Origin: a virus
Taxonomy: Duplodnaviria; Caudoviricetes
Strand: one strand, 5' to 3'
IMG/VR virus record: IMGVR_UViG_3300025840_004398
Length of the DNA: 64,000 nucleotides
Position numbers and translations under genes: made by a program
Shown here: one piece after another, positions 27,806-36,315 of the stretch
Numbering within the stretch: the first letter of the stretch is position 1
How the letters are laid out: each line of letters begins with the position of its first letter
Notes under the pieces: generated by a model
What the model was told of the DNA's origin: nothing
The model's database searches: none
Seen by the model: the letters and a program-made list of their open reading frames with translations, nothing else

Positions 27806-29028
27806 TAGAAAAAAAGTACATATGTGACTTTCCATGGACTCAGTTATATAACACACCATCTGGTACCGTAACTCCATGTTGTGTATTTGGAGAACCAATA
27901 AAAAAGGATGATGGGACTCCATTTCTTTTACAAAAAGACTCTATTCAAGAAATATTTCAAAGTAATTATTTAAAAAATTTAAGAGAGTCATTTAACAGGG
28001 GTGAAAAACCAAATCATTGTGATTTTTGTTGGAAACAAGAAAACTTGGGATATGAAAGTAGGAGAATACAAAACAATCAGTTTCATAAAGACATGAATAT
28101 TGAAATTGATTACAACACTCATCCTGAATATCCAATAGAATATGAAGTAATATTATCAAACTCATGTAATTTAAAATGCAGAAGTTGTAATTCAATTTTA
28201 AGTACACAGTGGTTAAAAGAACAGAAGAAATTTACAAAGGATGAGTTAGAAATATTAGACATGCCCCCAATAGATTTATCTAATATCCAAGTGGGATATA
28301 AAGATTCAAAGTATATGACAGATATTTCCGAATGGGCTCCTCATGTTCGTAAAATTCAAACACTTGGTGGTGAACCTTTATATGGGGATACATGGAAATA
28401 TGTAATTGATTATTTGATTGAAAATGGCCACTCTAAACAAATATCATTAAGTATATCAACCAACGGCACTTTGTATGATGAGGAGTTTATAAAAAGATTG
28501 TGTGATAACTTTGAAAGTATAACCATCGGACTTAGTATAGATGGTCAAGGTCAAATATTCGAATTTCTAAGAAAAAACGGAAAATGGAATGAAGTTGAAG
28601 AAAATATTATAAATTATCAAACAAAGTTTTCAGATTATAAAAATTATGAACACTATTTTAGATTTACTGTTTCATGGATTAACGCTTTATTTATGCCTGA
28701 CTTTGAAAAATGGGTAAAAAATACAAATAGATTTTCTCCAACAAATTATGGAATTTTGTTTGAACCACATCATATGGCTTTATGGAATATTCCTACATTT
28801 TTTAAACAAAAAATAAAAGAAAAATTGGAATCTACTGAGTTCAAAGGAAACGAAAATAATATAAAATCTTTAATAGAATATATGTTTAGTAAATCACCAA
28901 CCGATTCTAGTATAAAAAATAGTTTTATAAAATTTAAAATTATTGATAAGTATAGAAATGAGAGCACATTGGATATTATAAAAAATATTGATTCTGAATT
29001 ATATAATTTTTACACAAGGATTACTTAA
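27802..29028 (+). CDS. Radical SAM enzyme with N-terminal twitch-like domain (subfamily B)
   Basis: CDFPW...PCC...CDFCW; NSCNLKCRSC; LGGEP; STNG. Start placed at the ATGA overlap (track start 27787). Confidence 0.88.
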   Translation: MIEKKYICDFPWTQLYNTPSGTVTPCCVFGEPIKKDDGTPFLLQKDSIQEIFQSNYLKNLRESFNRGEKPNHCDFCWKQENLGYESRRIQNNQFHKDMNIEIDYNTHPEYPIEYEVILSNSCNLKCRSCNSILSTQWLKEQKKFTKDELEILDMPPIDLSNIQVGYKDSKYMTDISEWAPHVRKIQTLGGEPLYGDTWKYVIDYLIENGHSKQISLSISTNGTLYDEEFIKRLCDNFESITIGLSIDGQGQIFEFLRKNGKWNEVEENIINYQTKFSDYKNYEHYFRFTVSWINALFMPDFEKWVKNTNRFSPTNYGILFEPHHMALWNIPTFFKQKIKEKLESTEFKGNENNIKSLIEYMFSKSPTDSSIKNSFIKFKIIDKYRNESTLDIIKNIDSELYNFYTRIT

Positions 29029-30294
29029 ATGACACCAAAAAAAGAAAGATTTATATGTGATTTGCCATGGACACACCTAAGTGTTCATCCACATGGTAAT
29101 GCTTCTATTTGTTGTGTTGCTGACCACTCACACCCACAATCAACTGCTGCAGATAAAAACGAAAATGGTGAGTATGTTCATATTCATAAAATCACAAATG
29201 GAATTCCAAAAATTATAAATTCTGATACATATAAAGACATACGAAAGGCAATGATTGAAGGAGAACGACCTCCTGCTTGTTCTACTTGTTGGAAAGTTGA
29301 AGATGCTGGTGGTAGGTCTAAGAGAATTAGAGATTCGTATATTTTTCCCGATGTAGATAAAATAACAAAACCAGATGGTAGTATAGATGTAGACTTATCT
29401 AATATAGAAGTTCGTCTTGGTAACTATTGTAATTTAAAATGTAGAAGTTGTAATGCAGAATCATCAACAAGTTGGATTGATGATTACTATAAACTAAGAA
29501 ATAAAGTTCCATTACCAAGTGGATATGATAGACTTAAAAATTCAGAGCACGTTACATATGATTGGGTTGAAGATGAAAAGTTTTATGATGACTTAATAAA
29601 AAACTCACCAAACATTGAACAACTTCATATTAGTGGAGGGGAACCATTTTTAGTACCAAAACATTTTTATTTGTTAGACAAATTGATTGAAGATGGTTTG
29701 GCTGAAAATATAAAAATATTTTATATTACTAATGCTAATTATAACTTTGATAAACTAAGGCCAGCTTTGTATAAATTAACAAAATTCAAAGAGGTATATA
29801 TATCTTTTTCAGTAGATGATGTTGGGGATAGAAATACATACATAAGAAGTCTTAGTAATTGGAAATTAACAATAGATAATATTAAAAAGTTTGTAGATGA
29901 GTACCCCACATTTTGGTATACTGTTACTCAAACTTTAAATGCATTTAATTTTTTATATTTTGAGGAATTAACTCAATTTCTTGTAAAAGAAGGGTTGTAT
30001 AAATTTGATGGAAATGGCCATATAAAAAATATTATAACAAATCATGTTCATTCACCTGAATACCAAAATGCAACAGTACTTCCATTGGATGTAAGAAGAA
30101 GTAAAATAGACTCTGTAAAAGGATTAGTGGCTCCTCATTATTTTGAAGATATTCATGGAAGATATTATGATGCTAAGTCAAATAATCAAATGGAATTATT
30201 TAAGAAAGTTACAGATGAGGTAGATAAGGTAAGACGAGAATCCATATCCGAAATATTTCCAAAACTATATAAAGAAATTACAAATATATTATGA
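29029..30294 (+). CDS. Radical SAM enzyme with N-terminal twitch-like domain (subfamily B)
   Basis: CDLPWTHL...ICC...ACSTCW; NYCNLKCRSC; SGGEP. Confidence 0.9.
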   Translation: MTPKKERFICDLPWTHLSVHPHGNASICCVADHSHPQSTAADKNENGEYVHIHKITNGIPKIINSDTYKDIRKAMIEGERPPACSTCWKVEDAGGRSKRIRDSYIFPDVDKITKPDGSIDVDLSNIEVRLGNYCNLKCRSCNAESSTSWIDDYYKLRNKVPLPSGYDRLKNSEHVTYDWVEDEKFYDDLIKNSPNIEQLHISGGEPFLVPKHFYLLDKLIEDGLAENIKIFYITNANYNFDKLRPALYKLTKFKEVYISFSVDDVGDRNTYIRSLSNWKLTIDNIKKFVDEYPTFWYTVTQTLNAFNFLYFEELTQFLVKEGLYKFDGNGHIKNIITNHVHSPEYQNATVLPLDVRRSKIDSVKGLVAPHYFEDIHGRYYDAKSNNQMELFKKVTDEVDKVRRESISEIFPKLYKEITNIL

Positions 30295-31520
30295 AACCAA
30301 CTAAAAGCGTAAGTTGTGTCCATGCTAAAAATGGATTAAGAGTTACAAACGATGGTTTTGTAATGCCTTGTTGTTATTATGACTATAAACATAGATTTAA
30401 AGACCGAAACGGAGACTACATAAAAACCGATGTTCATAGTATTAAAGATATGATGGAATCTCCTGACAGAAGGGACTTAATTAATTCTTTAGAAAATGGA
30501 ATAAAACATGAAGGTTGTAAAAGATGTTGGGTTGATGAAGATGTAAAGGGAGATAGTAAAAGATTAAGAGACTTAGAAACATTGGGTATGTTTTCTAAAG
30601 ATAACAATCAAGCTAAGTTCATAGAATTAAATCTTGGTATTACTTGTAATTTGGCTTGTAGAATGTGTAATGTTGGTGCATCAATTAAATGGATGAATGA
30701 GCATAGATTAGTATATGACACACCTGACCACTGGAAAGATGATGATAATTATAAAAAAGAAGTAAAGACTTTTTATAAAAGTTATGAGTACGATTCTATT
30801 TTTTGGGAAGAACTGCCAAAAATATTACCAGATGTAAAAACAATAGATATGTATGGTGGAGAACCAATGTTAATGAAAAAACAATGGGAGGTTTTACAGA
30901 TAGCGGTTGAAAAAGGATATTCAGAAAACATATCATTGCATTTCAATACAAATGGAACCATATATAATGATGCATATGTTGAAATACTAAAGAATTTTGG
31001 CCATGTTACATTTAGTTTTAGTATAGATGGTATTGGTAAAAGATTTGAATATATTAGACATCACGGTTCATGGGATGATGTAGATACTAAAGTTAGAAAA
31101 TGGATATCTCTTACAAAAGAAAATAAAAATTTTGAAATAGATTTGGCATATACCGTAACTAATTTAAATATTGGATTTATAGATGAAGTTGCAACATGGT
31201 GTTTTGCTAATAATGTAAGAATGTATTTAATAAACGTATCTGAACCAGAGTATTATTCTCCATACAATTTGCCAGTTGGTGCAAAAAATATGATTACTGA
31301 AAAAATGAATAAGTTTATTTCAAACAATAGATTTTTATCAAAAGAATTAATAAATGACATAAACGGCTCGGTAAATTTAATGAATTCTCAAAACTATAAT
31401 TTAGAAGAGTGGAGTAAATTTATAAAAGCAACTCAAATATTAGACAAATCTAGAAATCAAGATTTTATGAAAGCTTTCCCTGAGTTGGGGAAATATATAA
31501 ACACAAATTTATTTTTATGA
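30291..31520 (+). CDS. Radical SAM enzyme with N-terminal twitch-like domain (subfamily B)
   Basis: SCVHA...PCC...GCKRCW; ITCNLACRMC; YGGEP; FNTNG; FPEL. Confidence 0.9.
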   Translation: MKPTKSVSCVHAKNGLRVTNDGFVMPCCYYDYKHRFKDRNGDYIKTDVHSIKDMMESPDRRDLINSLENGIKHEGCKRCWVDEDVKGDSKRLRDLETLGMFSKDNNQAKFIELNLGITCNLACRMCNVGASIKWMNEHRLVYDTPDHWKDDDNYKKEVKTFYKSYEYDSIFWEELPKILPDVKTIDMYGGEPMLMKKQWEVLQIAVEKGYSENISLHFNTNGTIYNDAYVEILKNFGHVTFSFSIDGIGKRFEYIRHHGSWDDVDTKVRKWISLTKENKNFEIDLAYTVTNLNIGFIDEVATWCFANNVRMYLINVSEPEYYSPYNLPVGAKNMITEKMNKFISNNRFLSKELINDINGSVNLMNSQNYNLEEWSKFIKATQILDKSRNQDFMKAFPELGKYINTNLFL

Positions 31521-32497
31521 ACAAAATACTCATTACAGGAGGAGCAGGTTACTTAGGTTCAATAATTACAGAAACACTTTTAGAAGGATGGAGAGAAGTT
31601 ACTGTATTAGATAACTTGATGCACAACCAAACATCAGTATCTATCTTTTCACATCAAAAAAACTTTAAGTTTGTTTATGGTGATGTAAGAGATAAAGAAT
31701 TACTAAAAGAATTAGTATTAGAACATGATGTGATTATTCCACTTGCAGCAATCGTTGGATTTCCTGCTTGTGAAAGAGATAAAGAATTAGCAACTCAGAT
31801 AAATTATGAGCACGTCAAGTTTGTATGTGAGTTAGCAAAAGAACATAATAAAAAGGTGGTTTATCCGAACACTAATAGTGGATACGGGATAGGAGAGAGT
31901 GGTGTTTGTACGGAGGAAAGTCCGCTAAACCCCATTTCCCATTATGGGAAAACCAAGGTAGAGGCAGAAAAAGAGGTACTTGGGATAGGAGGTATCTCTT
32001 TACGCCTTGCTACTGTGTTTGGAACATCACCAAGAATGAGAATGGACTTGTTAGTAAACGAATTTGTTTACAAAGCACTAACTGATAAGTACATTACACT
32101 TTTTGAGAGAAAGTTTGTACGAAACTTCATTCATATCAGAGATGTTGCATTGGTATTTAGAAAAATGATAAACCAATATGACCAATGGACTAATAATGGT
32201 AAATTTGGTAGAGTATTTAATGTAGGTTTATCTTCAGCAAATCTAACCAAACAAGAATTATGTGAAGCAATCAAAGAACAGATACCTTCATTTGAGATTT
32301 TCCACAATGATAATTACGAGGACCCTGATAAACGAGATTATGTAGTATCAAATGAGTTACTTGAAAGTTGTGGGTGGAAACCAAGATACACTTTAGAAGA
32401 AGGTATTGAAGAATTGATTAAATGTTACACAATTCTAATTAAAGATTTAAGTTCAAAGTATAGAAATGATTTTCCATTAGGTTATGGCATTAAATAG
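31517..32497 (+). CDS. NAD-dependent epimerase/dehydratase (extended SDR)
   Basis: ILITGGAGYLG, LAAIVG, intact catalytic YGKTK, LRLATVFG, DKRDY. Confidence 0.9.
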   Translation: MNKILITGGAGYLGSIITETLLEGWREVTVLDNLMHNQTSVSIFSHQKNFKFVYGDVRDKELLKELVLEHDVIIPLAAIVGFPACERDKELATQINYEHVKFVCELAKEHNKKVVYPNTNSGYGIGESGVCTEESPLNPISHYGKTKVEAEKEVLGIGGISLRLATVFGTSPRMRMDLLVNEFVYKALTDKYITLFERKFVRNFIHIRDVALVFRKMINQYDQWTNNGKFGRVFNVGLSSANLTKQELCEAIKEQIPSFEIFHNDNYEDPDKRDYVVSNELLESCGWKPRYTLEEGIEELIKCYTILIKDLSSKYRNDFPLGYGIK

Positions 32498-33068
32498 AAG
32501 TATATTTTACAAAGAACGAGATTGGAACGATTTCCATTATTACAATGGTTCGGTACTCAACGAGGTAAAGGTTGTACAACCATCTACTTACTATGAGTTC
32601 AGAGGTTCTATATCTACCACTTACCATTCAGATTACTACGATAGGTTACTACCTGCGAACGAACGTAACGAAGGTTTACAATTCAAACATGATAGGTACT
32701 CAAAATCAAAATATGGAGTTCTTAGAGGATTACATTATGATGAAAAAACTTGGAAGTTGGTAAGTTGTATTCATGGTAAAATTTATTTAGTAGTATTAGA
32801 TGTAAGACCTTACTCAACCACTTATGGTAAATGGGAATCTTTTATTCTTTCACCTGAAACAGGAACACAAGTTCTTATTCCACCAAACTTTGCAAATGGA
32901 CACTTTGTAATGGAAGATGATTCAATCTTCTTTTATAAGATGGCATATCAAGGTGAGTATAATGATGAGAACAAGCAAAAAACGATTGTATTTAACAATC
33001 CTAAGTTTAATATAGATTGGCCAGTACAATCACCAATCTTATCAAAACGAGATAGATATGAACATTAA
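32484..33068 (+). CDS. rmlC: dTDP-4-dehydrorhamnose 3,5-epimerase-like cupin
   Basis: EFRG, GVLRGLHY, KLVSCIHG, LDVR, IPPNFANGH, C-terminal IDWP...ILSKRD. Confidence 0.85.
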   Translation: MALNRSIFYKERDWNDFHYYNGSVLNEVKVVQPSTYYEFRGSISTTYHSDYYDRLLPANERNEGLQFKHDRYSKSKYGVLRGLHYDEKTWKLVSCIHGKIYLVVLDVRPYSTTYGKWESFILSPETGTQVLIPPNFANGHFVMEDDSIFFYKMAYQGEYNDENKQKTIVFNNPKFNIDWPVQSPILSKRDRYEH

Positions 33069-33696
33069 AAATTTAGATTACCACGAAGATAGATGGACTG
33101 AAGGTAATTGGTCTGTACAAGATTTAATAGATTTTGAAGATGATATCATAAAACATTGGGAAGGTGGAGAAATCACAGGACCAATTCACCTATCAAATGG
33201 TAACGAAAAAGAACTAATTAGAATATTCAATAAAATTGGTATTGACGATTGGGTATTCTCAACTTGGAGGTCTCATTATCACGCACTTTTACATGGTATG
33301 GAACCTTCGGTATTAAAACAAAAAATTTTAGATGGTAAATCCATAACAATTGTAGATAAAGATTCTAAGTTTTATGCTTCTGCAATCGTAACTGGTACTT
33401 TACCAATTGCATTAGGAGTTGCAAAAGCAATCAAACTCCAAAAATCAGATAATAAAGTTTGGGTATTCTTAGGAGATATGGCATTTGAAAGTGGAATCTT
33501 TTATGAAGTTCACAAATATGCAAGAAACTATGATTTACCTTTGTATTTCGTGGTAGAAGATAATGGTGTAAGTACAAATACACCTACATTAGATACATGG
33601 AATGGTATTCAAAGAGAAATACCAGAAGATGTGATATATTATAAGTATGAATCAAAATATCCCCACTATGGGACAGGAAAATGGGTAGTATTTTAG
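33058..33696 (+). CDS. ThDP-dependent enzyme, E1-alpha-like (diphosphate-binding) subunit
   Basis: GPIHLSNGNE, STWRSH, GDMAFESG...EDN ThDP motif; about 210 aa, shorter than a PDH E1 alpha. Confidence 0.8.
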   Translation: MNIKNLDYHEDRWTEGNWSVQDLIDFEDDIIKHWEGGEITGPIHLSNGNEKELIRIFNKIGIDDWVFSTWRSHYHALLHGMEPSVLKQKILDGKSITIVDKDSKFYASAIVTGTLPIALGVAKAIKLQKSDNKVWVFLGDMAFESGIFYEVHKYARNYDLPLYFVVEDNGVSTNTPTLDTWNGIQREIPEDVIYYKYESKYPHYGTGKWVVF

Positions 33697-34613
33697 TAAC
33701 AGGTTGTAGTGGTTTAGTAGGAACTCATTTAGTTCACAAATTATTAGAAAAAGATTATTATGTTGTGGGTGTAGATTTGTATAAATCAGACAATTTACCA
33801 ACACATGATAAGTTTACTTTTCATAATATTGATTTAAGAGACCCATACGATGTAAATGTATTATTTAGTCAACATCAATTTGGTGGTGTGGTAAATGCAT
33901 TTGGAATTAAAGGTTCGCCAATTAAAGCAAAGGAAAATCCTGTTGATTTTTTAGAACCATCAATTAAAGTAAATACAAATATTATAGATAATTGTGTAAA
34001 AAGAAAAATTTGGCTGGTTTTTATGAGTTCGGTAGGAGTTTATGAACCAGCAGAAGAATTTGTAGAAGATACAGTATGGAAAACACTTCCATCACCAAAC
34101 GATTGGTTTCCATCTTGGTCAAAAAGAATACCAGAGTTGTATTTAGAAGCTCACAAAGTTCAACATGGATACGATAAATGGACAATTGTAAGACCAGCAA
34201 ACATTTTTGGTGAATATGATAATTTCGGAGATGGTGCAACTGTAATCGGAGCAACTTGTAGAAAAGTTTACGAATCGGATGGTGAGATTGAAGCATGGGG
34301 AGATGGAACACCAACTCGTGATTTTATTTATGCAGGAGATGTTGCTGATGGTTGTATCAAATGTTTAGAAGATAAACTGCATATAACAACTAACTTAGGA
34401 AGTGGTGAAGAAATATCAATCAAACGAATGATTGAAACTGTTGCCAAAGTTAGTGGTAAAGAAATAAAAATTAATTGGGATACATCCAAACCCAATGGTG
34501 ATATGAGAAGAAGAATGAGTACTAAGATACAAGAACAATTCGGTCTATTACCAAAACTTGGATTTGAACAAGGAATAAAACGAACATACGAACATTATGA
34601 AAAAAACAGATAA
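33681..34613 (+). CDS. Extended SDR, GDP-L-fucose-synthase-like
   Basis: LVTGCSGLVG, RPANIFG, WGDGTPTRDF, PNGDMRR. The YxxxK position reads PSWSK. Confidence 0.75.
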   Translation: MGSILVTGCSGLVGTHLVHKLLEKDYYVVGVDLYKSDNLPTHDKFTFHNIDLRDPYDVNVLFSQHQFGGVVNAFGIKGSPIKAKENPVDFLEPSIKVNTNIIDNCVKRKIWLVFMSSVGVYEPAEEFVEDTVWKTLPSPNDWFPSWSKRIPELYLEAHKVQHGYDKWTIVRPANIFGEYDNFGDGATVIGATCRKVYESDGEIEAWGDGTPTRDFIYAGDVADGCIKCLEDKLHITTNLGSGEEISIKRMIETVAKVSGKEIKINWDTSKPNGDMRRRMSTKIQEQFGLLPKLGFEQGIKRTYEHYEKNR

Positions 34614-35589
34614 AATATTAGTTACAGGAGCAAGTGGATTTATAGGTTCACGATTAATCAAAATGTTATGGGAAAATGGTTATACCAATTTACGTTCCAC
34701 ATCGTGGAGTAGAGGTTTGCGAGAAGATTTCGAAGGGTGGTCAGAAGTAGAACATCTAAATGGAGATTTGAGAGATGCGGATTTCTGTCAAAGAGTTTCG
34801 GAGGGAGTTGATGTTGTATTCCACGCAGCAGCAAACACTTCGAATGCATTAGACACTAAAGTAAATCCACTACTCCATGTAACACCTAACGTAGAAATGA
34901 ATACAAACCTTATGGAACAAAGTTGGAGAAACAAAGTTCGTAAGTTTATGTTTATTTCTTCTAACACAACTTACCCTGATGTGGGTGATGAGTATTGTAC
35001 AGAAGAAATGGAAGTACAAACTCCAAATATTTATCCTGTCTACAAGGCAGTTGGTTGGATGAAGAGATATGGAGAAACTCTTTGTGAGTTTTTCTCTAAC
35101 CAAATCCATGACCCAATGCAATGTGTAATCATCAGACCTTCAAATGCATTTGGACCAAATGATAAATTCGATTATGAGAAGTGTCATGTAACACCCGCAA
35201 ACATTCGTAAGGTTGCAGACGGATTAAATCCAATTCCACTATGGGGAGATGGTACAGAAGTAAGAGATATTATCCATGTTGATGATATGGTAAGTGGATT
35301 TATCACAGTTGCAGAAAATGTGGATACCTATGATATCTATAACGTATGTTATGGTAAAGGACATACTGTAATGGAGGTATTAGAGTTGTTAAAAGAAATC
35401 GAAGGTAACGATAATCCTATCGAGTTTGTAAATAACAAAGCACCGATGATACCAAAGAGATTATTATCAAGTAAAAAATTAGAAAAACTTGGTTGGAAAC
35501 CAAAATACGATTTAAGAAGTGGATTAGAAGATGCACTTCGTTGGTATAAAGAAAACAAAGACCAGTTTGACCCAAATTCAAAACCATAA
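34597..35589 (+). CDS. Extended SDR, GDP-L-fucose-synthase-like
   Basis: ILVTGASGFIG, FHAAA, RPSNAFGP, HVTPA, WGDGTEVRD. The YxxxK position reads VGWMK. Confidence 0.8.
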   Translation: MKKTDKILVTGASGFIGSRLIKMLWENGYTNLRSTSWSRGLREDFEGWSEVEHLNGDLRDADFCQRVSEGVDVVFHAAANTSNALDTKVNPLLHVTPNVEMNTNLMEQSWRNKVRKFMFISSNTTYPDVGDEYCTEEMEVQTPNIYPVYKAVGWMKRYGETLCEFFSNQIHDPMQCVIIRPSNAFGPNDKFDYEKCHVTPANIRKVADGLNPIPLWGDGTEVRDIIHVDDMVSGFITVAENVDTYDIYNVCYGKGHTVMEVLELLKEIEGNDNPIEFVNNKAPMIPKRLLSSKKLEKLGWKPKYDLRSGLEDALRWYKENKDQFDPNSKP

Positions 35590-36137
35590 TGAGTAAACCA
35601 GAATTCACACCTTATGTAGATGCACTAACAGAGGCAATGAAATTGTGTATGGATGAACCATCTACAATTTTTATAGGACAACAAATTGTTTATTATGGAA
35701 ATCCAATGTCAAAGACAATTGAAGGTTTACCAAAGGAACGAATGATTGAAACTCCAGTCATGGAAGAAACTCAAATGGGAATGACTATGGGTCTTGCAAT
35801 GGCAGAACATCAAGTTGTTACTTTTTATCCTCGTTGGGATTTTCTAATTCTCGCGTGTAATCAGTTGGTAAATCACTTGGATAAGTTAGAAGCGATGTCT
35901 GATGGTGAGTGGAAACCAAACGTAATTGTAAGAGTTGGTAAAGGAAGTGATAAACCACTTGACCCAGGTCATCAACACAAAGCAGATTATACAGAACCAT
36001 TCAAACAAATTTTAACTAATGCAACTATACAAGAATTAAAGAAAGCTGAACAAATTTTACCCGCTTATCAGAGAGCTTTAGATATGGGAGGAATACATAT
36101 ACTTGTAGAATACCCAGAATTATATTATAACAATTAA
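35589..36137 (+). CDS. ThDP-dependent enzyme, E1-beta/transketolase pyrimidine-binding subunit (no C-terminal domain)
   Basis: FIGQ, ETPVMEETQMGMTMGLA, NQLVNH, GHQH; 182 aa. Confidence 0.8.
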   Translation: MSKPEFTPYVDALTEAMKLCMDEPSTIFIGQQIVYYGNPMSKTIEGLPKERMIETPVMEETQMGMTMGLAMAEHQVVTFYPRWDFLILACNQLVNHLDKLEAMSDGEWKPNVIVRVGKGSDKPLDPGHQHKADYTEPFKQILTNATIQELKKAEQILPAYQRALDMGGIHILVEYPELYYNN

Positions 36138-36139
36138 CT

Positions 36140-36271
36140 ATGAAAAAAATTTATAACTTTTTATTTGGAAGAATCACCCGTTGGAAAGAAAAAAAGAAAA
36201 TGGAAAAGATTTATAAAAAAAGATTAGAGGAATTGCGTAAAAGAGACCCCTTCATTTACAAAAATCACTAA
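36140..36271 (+). CDS. Small basic hypothetical protein, 43 aa
   Basis: Hand-translated: MKKIYNFLFGRITRWKEKKKMEKIYKKRLEELRKRDPFIYKNH. Starts 2 nt after the upstream stop; not in the ORF track. Confidence 0.6.
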   Translation: MKKIYNFLFGRITRWKEKKKMEKIYKKRLEELRKRDPFIYKNH

Positions 36272-36286
36272 ACTTTTAACAAATTA

Positions 36287-36294
36287 TATTTATA
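36287..36294 (+). promoter_or_regulatory. TATTTATA putative late-promoter motif
   Basis: Exact motif 21 nt before ATG 36316. Confidence 0.55.
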
Positions 36295-36315
36295 TACTGA
36301 TAAGGTATATTGAAT

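Noticed and set aside
21747-31520. Naming the radical SAM genes moaA, pqqE, nrdG, queE or anSME
   Set aside because: The auxiliary Cys domain is N-terminal and no partner genes of those pathways are present.
33058-36137. Pyruvate dehydrogenase auxiliary metabolic genes
   Set aside because: Both subunits are truncated, no E2 or E3 is present, and they are interleaved with NDP-sugar enzymes.
14062-36271. Bacterial LPS/capsule locus or chimeric host contig
   Set aside because: No wzx/wzy/ABC export genes, integrase or att-like ends; flanked by phage genes on the same strand and headed by the same TATTTATA motif.
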